DNA of 35,425 bases from Gemmatimonadota bacterium (GTDB taxonomy: Bacteria; 4572-55; J002), in the NCBI GenBank assembly GCA_003697105.1, contig RFFQ01000033.1, positions 1-35,425 on the forward strand, read 5' to 3'. The first letter of the stretch is position 1. Each line of letters begins with the position of its first letter. The notes under the pieces were generated by a model. It saw nothing but the letters and a program-made list of their open reading frames with translations. It did no database searches and was not told where the DNA came from. The position numbers and the translations under genes were made by a program. Of this stretch, positions 15,813 to 25,723 are shown piece by piece.

Positions 15813-18800
15813 ATGAAACCATTCCGTTATATCTTGTTTTTTATCTGGCTCTTCATTGCGCCTCTGTATGCGCAAACCGCTGATATATCTGGCACGATAC
15901 ATTCCTTCCATGATTATATCTGGACAGAAGTTGATTATGAATGGATCGATCTGACTGAGATCGGTACACCTGTTCTTGAAGACGAATGGTTCAGCTTCCC
16001 GTGGATCGATGAAAATATGCCGGGTAGTGACGAAGGGTTTGCTAGCCCTTATGATGCCTCTTTTACCCCGCTCGGCTACGATCTTGGTTTTGATTTCCCG
16101 TATTATGGCTCGTATTATCGCTATATTTATATTGGCTCTAATGGGTTTTTAACATTTTACCCCTTTTGGGATCGGACATATCTAAACAGTGAATTACCTA
16201 ACATAGAGCGTATTCCCCAAGCGATCATTGCACCGTATTGGTCGGATATGTACCAACCGGAAGATGGTACAATTTATTATTACCGCGATGGCGAACGCTT
16301 CATTGTGGAATACCATCACTGGGGAGAGTGGATCGCAGGGACTCAACTTACCTTTCAGGTCATTCTTTCTGCAGAGGGTTCGATCACGTTTCAATACCAA
16401 CAGGTGCAGGAATACGCCCCAATTTACTCTATCGGAATTGAAAACGATGATGGGCAGTTCGGTGTACAGGTCTCCTATAATGAGTATTTTCTAAGTGATA
16501 GTTTGGCTATTCGTATTGAAGGTGCGCCGCTCAGCAATGTAACCGTGGAATTAAGTGGTGGCCACAGTGAGACGACTCTGACCAACCTCAATGGGCAGTT
16601 CCAATTTGAGGATGTCCCGACGGGGCTAGATTATACGCTCACACCGCACCTTCCGAATTGGGTATTTTTACCTGACCATATTGAAATTGACCCCCTGGAG
16701 GCGGACCAATTTGTCACATTTCAAGGCGGTGAGCCGTTTGAACAATTGCCCTATAGGGATGTCATTGGCACAGATTATGGGATCAGTTCGGATTATCGTC
16801 TTTCGCGCGGGGCAAGTTGGGCAGATTACGATAACGATGGGTTTATTGACCTCTTTGTAGCGAGTGTCGGCGTGAATGAACTGTACCATAATGACGGTGA
16901 TGGCACGTTCACCCGCGTTTATCAGGGCGAAATTATTGTGGATGAAGCCCGTTCCACCGGTGCGTGTTGGGGCGACTATGATAATGATGGTGACCTCGAC
17001 CTGTTTGTGTGTAACTATCCCGACCCCAATTACCCGAATTTTAATAACAGCCTGTATCAAAATAATGGCGATGGCACGTTTACCAAAATTGAAGATGACC
17101 CCGTCGTGACCAGTGGAGGTAAATCACAAGATTGCGCGTGGGGAGACTACAACCAGGATGGCTACCTCGATCTGTTTGTCATCAATTATGATGAAAATAA
17201 CTTTTTGTATCAAAATAACGGTGATGGCACGTTTACTCAAATCACAGAAGGGGTCATGGTCAATGATGGCGGATTCTCATACGGGTGTAACTGGGTCGAT
17301 TATGATTCAGATAATGATCTGGATATGTTTGTGGCAAATAAGTACGAAAACAGCCTTTACCACAACAATGGTGATGGTACGTTCAGTAAAGTCACCCGCG
17401 GCGCCCTCGTAACGGATGCCAGCCCCTCCTATGGGGCAAGCTGGGCAGATTATGACCAGGATGGTGACTTAGATGTGTATGTCGTGAATGCCAACGAAGA
17501 ACCAAATAACCTTTATCAAAATAATGGTGACGGTACGTTTACAAAGGTGACGGGAGGAAATCTCGTTACGGACTTTTTTATCTCCAAAAGTAGTAGTTGG
17601 ATTGATTTTGATAACGACGGTGATCTCGACCTGTTTGTCGCCAACGAACAGTACCAACGTGCGGCGGGAGATAATTTGATGTACCGTAACGAGGGCAACG
17701 GTCAGTTCACCCGCTTTTCGTTGAAGGATACCTATACGTACTCTGGCGGTTGCGCGTTTGGGGACATCGATAATGACGGTGACCTCGATGGGTTTGTCAC
17801 CAATGATTACGGCTTACCCAATACGTTGCTTATTAACGAGGGTTCTAGTGGACATTGGGTGGATATAACCGGTGTGGGCACCCTCTCGAATCGTGCCGCT
17901 ATCGGGGTGAACATTCATGTGAAAGCGACAATAAACGGGCAACCGGTCTGGCAGATGCACCAACTGATGACCCAGACCGGTCGATACGGTCAAAATCATC
18001 TTGTAGCCCATTTTGGGCTGGGGGATGCCACCCAAGTGGATTCGGTGGTGGTGCAGTGGCCTAGTGGCGTGATAACAACCCTCGGTGCCCAGCCTGTTGA
18101 TACCAATATTACCATCACAGAGCCGGAACATGAGCAAGTATTACGTGCCAATTTTTACACGCTAGACCGTACCGGCAATGCTCCGAAAACCGTTCAATTC
18201 ACAGATATTTCCACCCACACCAATACTCAAGTAACCCAGTGGGAATGGGACTTTGACAACGATGGTGTAATTGACTCCGAAGAACAGCATCCGGTGTGGA
18301 CATATAACGAACAAGGCGGGCACACCGTCACCTTAATCGTCTCTAATGGCACCGTACGGGACACGCTGACCCGCATGGATTATATTCATCTCAATCAATT
18401 TGAGTTTTTCAGCCAAAGTGTGGTTGCCACCGATGGCGGACGTTCCCGCGGGGGAAGTTGGGCCGATTATGATCAGGATGGCGACCCGGATTTATTTGTC
18501 GCTAATAACGGGAATAATTTTCTCTATCAGAATCAGGGGGATGGCTCATTTGTGGCAATTACGGAAGGAGCGATTGTCAATGATGGCGGAAACTCCACCA
18601 GTGCCACTTGGGGCGATTATGATAACGACGGCGACCTCGACCTGTTTGTGACGAATGCCTTTGGTGAATCTAATTTTCTATACCAGAATGAGGGAGACGG
18701 CTCCTTTACCAAAATCACAGATACCGAGTTGGTCTGGTATGGGGGCAATTATACCGGTGCCAGTTGGGGCGATTATGATAACGACGGTGACCTCGACCTG

Positions 18801-21434
18801 TTTGTGACCAGTTTGGGCGACCCTTTTAATTCCCTTTTTGAAAATCAGGGAGACGGTTCCTTTTACGAAGTACTCCACGAGGATGGTTCATTTGTATTTG
18901 ATGATGAAGGTAGTGACCGTTCCTATAGCTGTAGTTGGGCAGATTATGACCACGATAATGACCTCGACCTATTTGTGGCAAATGATGGACCGAATTTTCT
19001 CTATCGAAATAACGGTGATAAAACATTCACGCGGGTCACAACGGGAGATGTGATCACGGATGCGGATGTCTCCAAAAGTGGAAGTTGGGTTGATTATGAT
19101 AATGATGGCGATTTAGACCTCTTTGTAACCAATGGCGGCTTTGATTATAATGACCAGAGAGTGTTCCAGCCCAACCGGTTGTACCGCAATGAAGGCAATG
19201 GGAACTTCACCAAAATCACGGCAGGAGCGATTGTCACTGACGAAATGTCCTCCGTCGGGTGTAGCTGGGCAGATTATAACAATGATGGTGACCTCGATCT
19301 GTTTGTGGCAAATTACAATCAACATAACTCGTTCTATGTAAATCAGGGGGATGGCACGTTTCGGCGGGTGGATTATATCGATATGGTGACCCAAGAAGGG
19401 AGTTCCGAAGGTTGTAGTTGGGCAGATATTGACCAGAACGGGTCACCAGACCTCTTTGTAGCCAATCGAGGTGAAACTGGAGAAGCCAACGCGATCTACC
19501 GGAATACCGGCAATATGAATCATTGGTTCAAAGTACATTGCACCGGTGTGATTTCCAATTCTGCCGCGATTGGAACAGAGGTCTCGCTTTTTGCAGGTGG
19601 TACGGCACAAACCCGCCTACTTTCCGCTTCCAGTGGATTGGGCAGTCAAAACAGTTTGATCGCGAACTTTGGTGTCGGGAGCGCAACCGTTATCGATTCG
19701 CTCATCATCACGTGGAATCACCCCACAATTGGCTGGGACCGGGGGATTCAACGGGTATATTACCATTTACCCGTGGATACGATGGTGACCATCTACGAAA
19801 TTGATCATCCAGTGCTGATCGATTCCACGACACAGGTGCTAAACGCACTCGCTACAGAAGATGAAGCGTATGTGATTCGAGCGGCACTATTTAGCGTGAC
19901 AAAACCCGATTCCATCGGAATTTACTATGGGAAAGGCGCCGACCTGTTCCATGAAGGACAGCGGTTATCCATGACCCTCACGGGAACGCGGGACCAGTTT
20001 ATCGCGGAAGTGACGATTCCGGCATCAGATGTGACCGCCGAGGGGTTGTGGTATCGCTTTTATGCAGTAAATGAGCGGGGTCAAATGGCTTTTGACCATT
20101 TTCGGGATGTGGAAGTTCAGATTACCCATTACGACCGTATCTGGGCAAAAAGTGCGTACCCCGAGGGGATCCCTCCTGAAGCGTGGTACACCGTTTCATT
20201 GCCCTTTGCCGCGGATATAGAGCTGGCGGATGTGCTGGAACCCCAAGAGTTTAACAGTAGTGGTGAACCCACAAATTGGTCGGTGTACCGCTATGATAGT
20301 GTTGAAGGATTGATACCCGCCACCACGCTAACAAAACAACGGGGTTACTTTATTCATCATCGCCAGAACGAACCCGTGATTTTGGTTGCCGATTCTGCCA
20401 AATCCTACCCGTTACGTTCTGTTTTTCCCACATTGACTTTGCGCCCGGGCTGGAATGTGGTACCGTGGACATTTGCCTTTCCGGGCACAATTACCCGCCT
20501 AGATTCCTTACGAATTGGGCAAATTTGGCAATTAGACGCCAGCGAATGGCAACTGAACTCGCAACTTAAACCCTTTGGTGCTTTTGCCGTAGAAAATCGG
20601 ACAGACTCCAATCTCTTGTTAAGTTCGGTTCTGGCATGGCAACCCCTCGATGCGTCTGCGGAAACCCCCATAAAGCCACTCTCGACGATGCAAACCTATA
20701 CCAGCGGAGCGGTCATCATCCCGTTTAGCGTGGAATCTGCCACCCGGAAAGACCGGTTTAATGCCCTTGGATTTTCGCCGTACGCCGCACGAGGTTGGGA
20801 TGCGCTCGATGCCTCTGAACCAATGGGCATCGGAGATTTTGTACGATTGTATTTTACCGGGCACGACCAACTCCCACTTGCTTATGATATTCGATCCGAC
20901 ACCGCCGAGGGTCATATCTGGCAAATGATAATTGAAAATCAATCCGGTGCAAATCAACTGAAGGTGGCATGGGATGTCGCCAGCGTCCCGGAAGGGTACC
21001 ATCTGGCAATTTTGGATGACGCCGGGCAAAAATGGGTTGATCCGTCGGTGGGGCACTATTCGTTTACCGCGCATCCGGTGAACCGGTTTGAAGTGATCTT
21101 AGGTTCTGCCGCGTATGTTCAAGAGAAAATGAAGATGCTTGATCGAGCGATACCGGAACAGTTTTCCTTATCTCAAAATTTCCCCAATCCGTTTAACCCG
21201 GCAACAACAATCTACTATGATATTCCGGTTACCTCCTCAGTGACACTCCGTATTTATTCGATTTCCGGTCAGTTAGTCCGCACACTGGTGGATGAAACCG
21301 TCCCTCCGGGACGTTATGCGAAAATATGGGATGGACGTAATGAACACCATCAACCTGTACCGGGCGGTATTTACATCTATCGCTTGAAAACGGATCGTTT
21401 TAACCAGAGCCGTAAAATGCTATTACTCAAGTAA
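15813..21434 (+). CDS. large exoprotein: nidogen-like domain, 2x (FG-GAP/VCBS propeller + ASPIC/UnbV), PKD, C-terminal FlgD-Ig/secretion CTD
   Basis: Signal peptide; repeated W(A/G)DYDNDGDLDLFV and LYxNxGDGTF; AHFGLG and ANFGVG ASPIC motifs; WEWDFDNDG PKD; C-terminal FSLSQNFPNPFNPATTI..WDG..GIYIYRL..KMLLLK. Confidence 0.9.
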   Translation: MKPFRYILFFIWLFIAPLYAQTADISGTIHSFHDYIWTEVDYEWIDLTEIGTPVLEDEWFSFPWIDENMPGSDEGFASPYDASFTPLGYDLGFDFPYYGSYYRYIYIGSNGFLTFYPFWDRTYLNSELPNIERIPQAIIAPYWSDMYQPEDGTIYYYRDGERFIVEYHHWGEWIAGTQLTFQVILSAEGSITFQYQQVQEYAPIYSIGIENDDGQFGVQVSYNEYFLSDSLAIRIEGAPLSNVTVELSGGHSETTLTNLNGQFQFEDVPTGLDYTLTPHLPNWVFLPDHIEIDPLEADQFVTFQGGEPFEQLPYRDVIGTDYGISSDYRLSRGASWADYDNDGFIDLFVASVGVNELYHNDGDGTFTRVYQGEIIVDEARSTGACWGDYDNDGDLDLFVCNYPDPNYPNFNNSLYQNNGDGTFTKIEDDPVVTSGGKSQDCAWGDYNQDGYLDLFVINYDENNFLYQNNGDGTFTQITEGVMVNDGGFSYGCNWVDYDSDNDLDMFVANKYENSLYHNNGDGTFSKVTRGALVTDASPSYGASWADYDQDGDLDVYVVNANEEPNNLYQNNGDGTFTKVTGGNLVTDFFISKSSSWIDFDNDGDLDLFVANEQYQRAAGDNLMYRNEGNGQFTRFSLKDTYTYSGGCAFGDIDNDGDLDGFVTNDYGLPNTLLINEGSSGHWVDITGVGTLSNRAAIGVNIHVKATINGQPVWQMHQLMTQTGRYGQNHLVAHFGLGDATQVDSVVVQWPSGVITTLGAQPVDTNITITEPEHEQVLRANFYTLDRTGNAPKTVQFTDISTHTNTQVTQWEWDFDNDGVIDSEEQHPVWTYNEQGGHTVTLIVSNGTVRDTLTRMDYIHLNQFEFFSQSVVATDGGRSRGGSWADYDQDGDPDLFVANNGNNFLYQNQGDGSFVAITEGAIVNDGGNSTSATWGDYDNDGDLDLFVTNAFGESNFLYQNEGDGSFTKITDTELVWYGGNYTGASWGDYDNDGDLDLFVTSLGDPFNSLFENQGDGSFYEVLHEDGSFVFDDEGSDRSYSCSWADYDHDNDLDLFVANDGPNFLYRNNGDKTFTRVTTGDVITDADVSKSGSWVDYDNDGDLDLFVTNGGFDYNDQRVFQPNRLYRNEGNGNFTKITAGAIVTDEMSSVGCSWADYNNDGDLDLFVANYNQHNSFYVNQGDGTFRRVDYIDMVTQEGSSEGCSWADIDQNGSPDLFVANRGETGEANAIYRNTGNMNHWFKVHCTGVISNSAAIGTEVSLFAGGTAQTRLLSASSGLGSQNSLIANFGVGSATVIDSLIITWNHPTIGWDRGIQRVYYHLPVDTMVTIYEIDHPVLIDSTTQVLNALATEDEAYVIRAALFSVTKPDSIGIYYGKGADLFHEGQRLSMTLTGTRDQFIAEVTIPASDVTAEGLWYRFYAVNERGQMAFDHFRDVEVQITHYDRIWAKSAYPEGIPPEAWYTVSLPFAADIELADVLEPQEFNSSGEPTNWSVYRYDSVEGLIPATTLTKQRGYFIHHRQNEPVILVADSAKSYPLRSVFPTLTLRPGWNVVPWTFAFPGTITRLDSLRIGQIWQLDASEWQLNSQLKPFGAFAVENRTDSNLLLSSVLAWQPLDASAETPIKPLSTMQTYTSGAVIIPFSVESATRKDRFNALGFSPYAARGWDALDASEPMGIGDFVRLYFTGHDQLPLAYDIRSDTAEGHIWQMIIENQSGANQLKVAWDVASVPEGYHLAILDDAGQKWVDPSVGHYSFTAHPVNRFEVILGSAAYVQEKMKMLDRAIPEQFSLSQNFPNPFNPATTIYYDIPVTSSVTLRIYSISGQLVRTLVDETVPPGRYAKIWDGRNEHHQPVPGGIYIYRLKTDRFNQSRKMLLLK

Positions 21435-21435
21435 A

Positions 21436-22299
21436 ATGAGGGTCTTACCGATGAACGTAACAGGATTCACGGGTGTGATGATGGCGATTGTGTGGGTCTG
21501 GCTGGCCATACTCCCGGCAGAGGCTCAAAATGCGGATACCTTAACTACCAATTTGGTCATCACTTCTAACATCAAACATGCGGCAATTTATATCAATGGG
21601 GATTCCACAGGTAAGCATACCCCCACCATATTTAAAAACCTACCGGAAGGGAAATATACCATCGAATTGGTCGAAAAATATGGTAAGAAATTGGAAAAAG
21701 TGATCCAAATCTATGCCGGTCAAGATAATGAAGTCCAACTCGATTTTTATGTAGGGCAATTTACGATTGATTCCAATTTGCCGCTGGACTCGATAGTCGT
21801 GAATGGGAATCGGGTCGAAGCGGTGGTTCCCGTCACATTTGATCATATGCCCGCGGGTGATTACTCCGTGCAGGTATATGAGTCCTATGGAAATAGCCTC
21901 AGCCAGAAATTTTTCCTTTCCCCCGGTGATTCCCTGTTTTTGCCCCTCAATTTTAGTCTGGGAGATTTAGAAGTTAAATCGAATCTCAAACATGCCGCCG
22001 TCTGGCTCAATGGTAAATTGACCGGTCAAACGGTACCGGCATTATTAACCGATTTAGCCGAAGGAATTTACGATGTGATGGTGGTTTCTGCCGATGGAAA
22101 GTATAAAATCGGGCAGACTATCAAGCTGAAACAGGGCAGTAACACCTTGAATTTAGCCTTTGAACAGAAAAATAAATGGCACTATTATCTATATGGGGCG
22201 GTAGCGGCAGGAGTAGGCGGGACGGTTTACCTGTTGACGCGTAAAGAGCAAGCCCCGGAAAAAGAAGGCATTCCCAATCCGCCGGATTTTCCCCGTTGA
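21436..22299 (+). CDS. PEGA-domain protein with C-terminal hydrophobic helix
   Basis: Three PEGA-like repeats (ITSN..AAIYING..G.TP..L.EG.Y); signal peptide; starts 1 nt after the upstream stop. Confidence 0.85.
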   Translation: MRVLPMNVTGFTGVMMAIVWVWLAILPAEAQNADTLTTNLVITSNIKHAAIYINGDSTGKHTPTIFKNLPEGKYTIELVEKYGKKLEKVIQIYAGQDNEVQLDFYVGQFTIDSNLPLDSIVVNGNRVEAVVPVTFDHMPAGDYSVQVYESYGNSLSQKFFLSPGDSLFLPLNFSLGDLEVKSNLKHAAVWLNGKLTGQTVPALLTDLAEGIYDVMVVSADGKYKIGQTIKLKQGSNTLNLAFEQKNKWHYYLYGAVAAGVGGTVYLLTRKEQAPEKEGIPNPPDFPR

Positions 22300-22363
22300 G
22301 CGGATACAGAAGGGTAAAAGCGCACGTTGGTACAACATAACCCATTATTTATGACGGGATTAT

Positions 22364-22405
22364 AAAAAAAACAGACCTCCCTAAAAAGGGGCGGTCTGTT
22401 TTTTT
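22364..22405. terminator. bidirectional intrinsic terminator
   Basis: A8-CAGACC..GGTCTG-T7 between convergent genes. Confidence 0.85.
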
Positions 22406-22447
22406 AGGAAATGCGCGAAGCTTTTTTTACTTGCCTGTTGGTTTTGG

Positions 22448-22882
22448 TTATGATATGTTCACCTTATGTAGTTCCGGCGACGGGGATGTCTCTTCGGCGG
22501 GTTGATCCAGATCGGGGAAAAGCCTGCTAATTTCCTTCATCAGAATTTCGAGGGTAAATGGTTTTTTCATCAGGCTATCAATACCCCATTTATCTTTTTC
22601 AAGGATAAATTTCGCTTGCGTATAAACCGCTGTTAGTAAAATGATTTTTGCATTCGGATTAATATATTCTTTGATTCGCTTACTGGCTTCAAAGCCGTTG
22701 ATCTGCGGCATAAGACCATCCATAATGATCAGCGCCACTTCGGGATCACGCGAGAGCGCCACAGCTTCCTGCCCATCGTGTGCTACAATAACATCAAACC
22801 CTTGACGTTTTAAGCCCAACTGTAGAATTTTTGCTAATTTCGGATCGTCATCAGCAATTAAAATTTTCCCGTAAAACCGCAT
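22448..22882 (-). CDS. single-domain response regulator (CheY-like)
   Basis: ILIADDD..IIMDGLMPQINGF..LLTA..KPF. Confidence 0.9.
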   Translation of the reverse strand: MRFYGKILIADDDPKLAKILQLGLKRQGFDVIVAHDGQEAVALSRDPEVALIIMDGLMPQINGFEASKRIKEYINPNAKIILLTAVYTQAKFILEKDKWGIDSLMKKPFTLEILMKEISRLFPDLDQPAEETSPSPELHKVNIS

Positions 22883-23008
22883 AGGTACCCCCTGTCTAGT
22901 TATTTATCTATACTGAAAAAATCTTCACCAGATTTCGCAACAGCCAACTCTTTCTCACTCGATATAGCGTATCATGCTAGATCAATGCCACCAAAGGAGG
23001 GTAATTCG

Positions 23009-24697
23009 ATGTCATCTTATGTCACGTCTATTTCATTGATTATAATAGGCTTATCGCAGTTGGTATATGCAGAAGATTATCCCTTTACACCGGAAGACAT
23101 TCAAGCGGCGGCGACCATTATTGGTCTGGAGTTCACGGCAACAGAGCGTGATTCTATGCAGGAGGCATTAAATATACAACGCCAGAGCTACGAGACATTG
23201 CGAACGATTTCGCTGGAAAATTCGATTCCTCCGGCGTTGCAGTTCAACCCCATTCCAGTCGGCTTTACGGCACGAGAGGCAATCCGCTCACAAATCGATT
23301 CCACCCTCAGCGATGCCACCTTACCGGAAGTAACTCGCCCGGCAAACCTCGCCGATCTGGCATTTTATTCAATTCGAGAATTAACGTACCTCATCCACCA
23401 ACGGGAGATTTCCTGTGTAGAATTGACCCAGCTTTACCTTGACCGGTTGCGCACTTACGGAGATACCTTACAATGCGTGATTACCCTAACCGAGGAACGC
23501 GCATTAGCACAAGCAAAAAAGCTTGATGCGGAACTCGCTGCAGGCAAATCTCGTGGTATTCTGCATGGGATTCCATTTGGCGCGAAAGATTTATTGGCGG
23601 TTAAAGGATACCGGACGACATGGGGTGCGATGCCTTACAAAGATCAAGTGATCGATCAGGACGCCACAGTGATCCAGAAGTTAGAGGCAGCCGGTGCGGT
23701 TTTGGTTGCTAAATTAACGTTAGGTGCGTTGGCGTGGGGGGATGTCTGGTTTGGTGGGAAGACTAAAAATCCGTGGGACTTAGCACAAGGTTCTAGCGGC
23801 TCCTCGGCGGGTTCTGCGGCGGCAACGGCGGCGGGTTTAGTCCCGTTTGCACTTGGCTCGGAAACGTGGGGGTCCATTGTTTCACCTTCAACCCGGTGCG
23901 GGACGACCGGTTTACGCCCCACCTATGGGAGAGTCAGCCGTACCGGGGCAATGGCACTTAGTTGGACAATGGATAAATTGGGTCCCATCTGCCGTAGCGC
24001 CGATGATTGTGCCCTCGTTTTTGCCGCTATTCACGGATCGGATGGTATCGATCAAACGGTGGGAGATCATCCGTTTAGTTACCCAATGAATCCGGCGAAC
24101 CCAATCGATTTAAGTGCTTTGAAAATTGGTTATCTAAAACAGGCATTTGAAGATACCTCCGCGGAATATGCCGCCCAACAACCGTTCGATCAGGCGACGT
24201 TAATCACCCTAAAAGAACTGGGTGCCGAATTAATCCCTATCGAGCTACCCGATTATCCAGTGGAGGCGATCAGTTTTATTCTCAGTGCAGAAGCCGCCGC
24301 CGCGTTTGACGAATTGACACGGATGGATCAAGATGATCTGTTGGTACGGCAAATCCAAAACGCCTGGCCCAATGTGTTCCGTGCCTCGCGCTTGATTCCG
24401 GCAGTGGAATATATCAATGCCAATCGTCTGCGGTATCAAATTATTCAGGCAATGGCGCGCCTGTTTGAGAAGGTCGATTTGTATATTTCGCCGTCATTTG
24501 GTAGCAATAACCTATTATTGACCAACCTTACCGGACATCCGTGTGTGGTGTTACCGAACGGATTCGATCCCGAAGGACATCCAAAGAGCATTACGCTCAC
24601 CGGTAATTTGTACGATGAAGCGACTATTTTAGCCGTTGCCAGAGTGTTACAAGACGCCACCTCGTACCACCAGCAACACCCGCCGCGGTTCCGCTAA
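23009..24697 (+). CDS. amidase-signature family hydrolase with signal peptide
   Basis: AKD, GSSGSSAGS and GSETWGSI (Ser-cisSer-Lys triad), GLRPTYGRVS; AAGGAGG RBS before ATG 23009. Confidence 0.92.
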   Translation: MSSYVTSISLIIIGLSQLVYAEDYPFTPEDIQAAATIIGLEFTATERDSMQEALNIQRQSYETLRTISLENSIPPALQFNPIPVGFTAREAIRSQIDSTLSDATLPEVTRPANLADLAFYSIRELTYLIHQREISCVELTQLYLDRLRTYGDTLQCVITLTEERALAQAKKLDAELAAGKSRGILHGIPFGAKDLLAVKGYRTTWGAMPYKDQVIDQDATVIQKLEAAGAVLVAKLTLGALAWGDVWFGGKTKNPWDLAQGSSGSSAGSAAATAAGLVPFALGSETWGSIVSPSTRCGTTGLRPTYGRVSRTGAMALSWTMDKLGPICRSADDCALVFAAIHGSDGIDQTVGDHPFSYPMNPANPIDLSALKIGYLKQAFEDTSAEYAAQQPFDQATLITLKELGAELIPIELPDYPVEAISFILSAEAAAAFDELTRMDQDDLLVRQIQNAWPNVFRASRLIPAVEYINANRLRYQIIQAMARLFEKVDLYISPSFGSNNLLLTNLTGHPCVVLPNGFDPEGHPKSITLTGNLYDEATILAVARVLQDATSYHQQHPPRFR

Positions 24698-24765
24698 TCC
24701 GGCATGACGGTTTTTTTAGGTCTTACCCCGTTATTTTCAGAACATTCAAAGTGATACGGTGCAAA

Positions 24766-24960
24766 ATGGACTCACTTCAACTTATTTCGGAACGCATTAT
24801 TCATTATAAGCAACTGATGATCAAGGTCAAACAACAACAAAACCGCCCCGAAATAGAGGCGGTTTATCTGGATAAATATCAAGGTGTTATTGACGAATTG
24901 GAATTTCTGAAACAACAATTGGAAGAACCACCGGAGACGGCTGGTTTGTTTGAAGATTAG
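24766..24960 (+). CDS. small helical hypothetical protein
   Basis: Coding-like amphipathic sequence filling the gap; start uncertain (24751 GTG or 24766 ATG). Confidence 0.55.
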   Translation: MDSLQLISERIIHYKQLMIKVKQQQNRPEIEAVYLDKYQGVIDELEFLKQQLEEPPETAGLFED

Positions 24961-25367
24961 TCCCAGCGCAAGCCGACAATTTCAAATCCATCAATAGCGT
25001 GATTCCAACGCAAGTAAACTTCCACCCAGGATTGCCATTCCGGGGGCGTGTGGTGTCCTTTTTGGAGTGTTACTTTGAGGAAGTTCCGGCTCATCACGCC
25101 TTCCGTCATTTTATCGGGTAATAGCAGGCAGTGATCCCCCGTCCGCAGTTCCTGAAATGACATTAACTGATTTGCATTTTGCTCCATTTCATACCGATAT
25201 ACTACCGGATAAGCGGTCGTGTCTGTAAAGCAAAGATGCCCTTCATGTACCTCAAATTGTCCCTTGCGGTTCGGTTCGAGGTCTGGTACATGACCGGTAT
25301 GGTAATGGGAACAGCCCCAACAGAACCACAGCCCGCTTAAAAATGCGAAATAGCGAATGATAATCAT
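24957..25367 (-). CDS. hypothetical lipoprotein
   Basis: GAGG RBS, then MIIIRYFAFLSGLWFCWGC lipobox-like signal; track start 25499 is probably too long. Confidence 0.65.
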   Translation of the reverse strand: MIIIRYFAFLSGLWFCWGCSHYHTGHVPDLEPNRKGQFEVHEGHLCFTDTTAYPVVYRYEMEQNANQLMSFQELRTGDHCLLLPDKMTEGVMSRNFLKVTLQKGHHTPPEWQSWVEVYLRWNHAIDGFEIVGLRWD

Positions 25368-25723
25368 TGCAAACCTCATGGCAAAGGATAACAGATAGTC
25401 TGCCATAAGATTACGAGAGGATATGGGAAAAGTCAACCCTAAAGAGACCATAAAATTTTTAACGGTAATTCTATTTGATCTATATTTTAGTAGCACCACC
25501 GGGCATACGGTCGATTCAGGAGAATGAAATACGCCAGATTCGTAATTTTATCCTAGACGAACCTCGATATTTTATGTAAGTTTTAGAGACTCATTCGACA
25601 AATGAGTCGTCAGGTGGAGCAAATCCGTTGGGTGACATGACACACTGTTCTAAAAGCCGGGTTCATTCAAAAGTGGCAACATTTTGGTATGTACCTTAAA
25701 TCCAATAAACTGTTTTTTGATGA

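Noticed and set aside
23009-24697. gatA assignment
   Set aside because: Signal peptide, GSETWGS instead of GSDTGGS, and no gatB/gatC neighbours
25580-25588. GTTTTAGAG, like the start of a type II CRISPR repeat
   Set aside because: Single short occurrence with no array and no cas9
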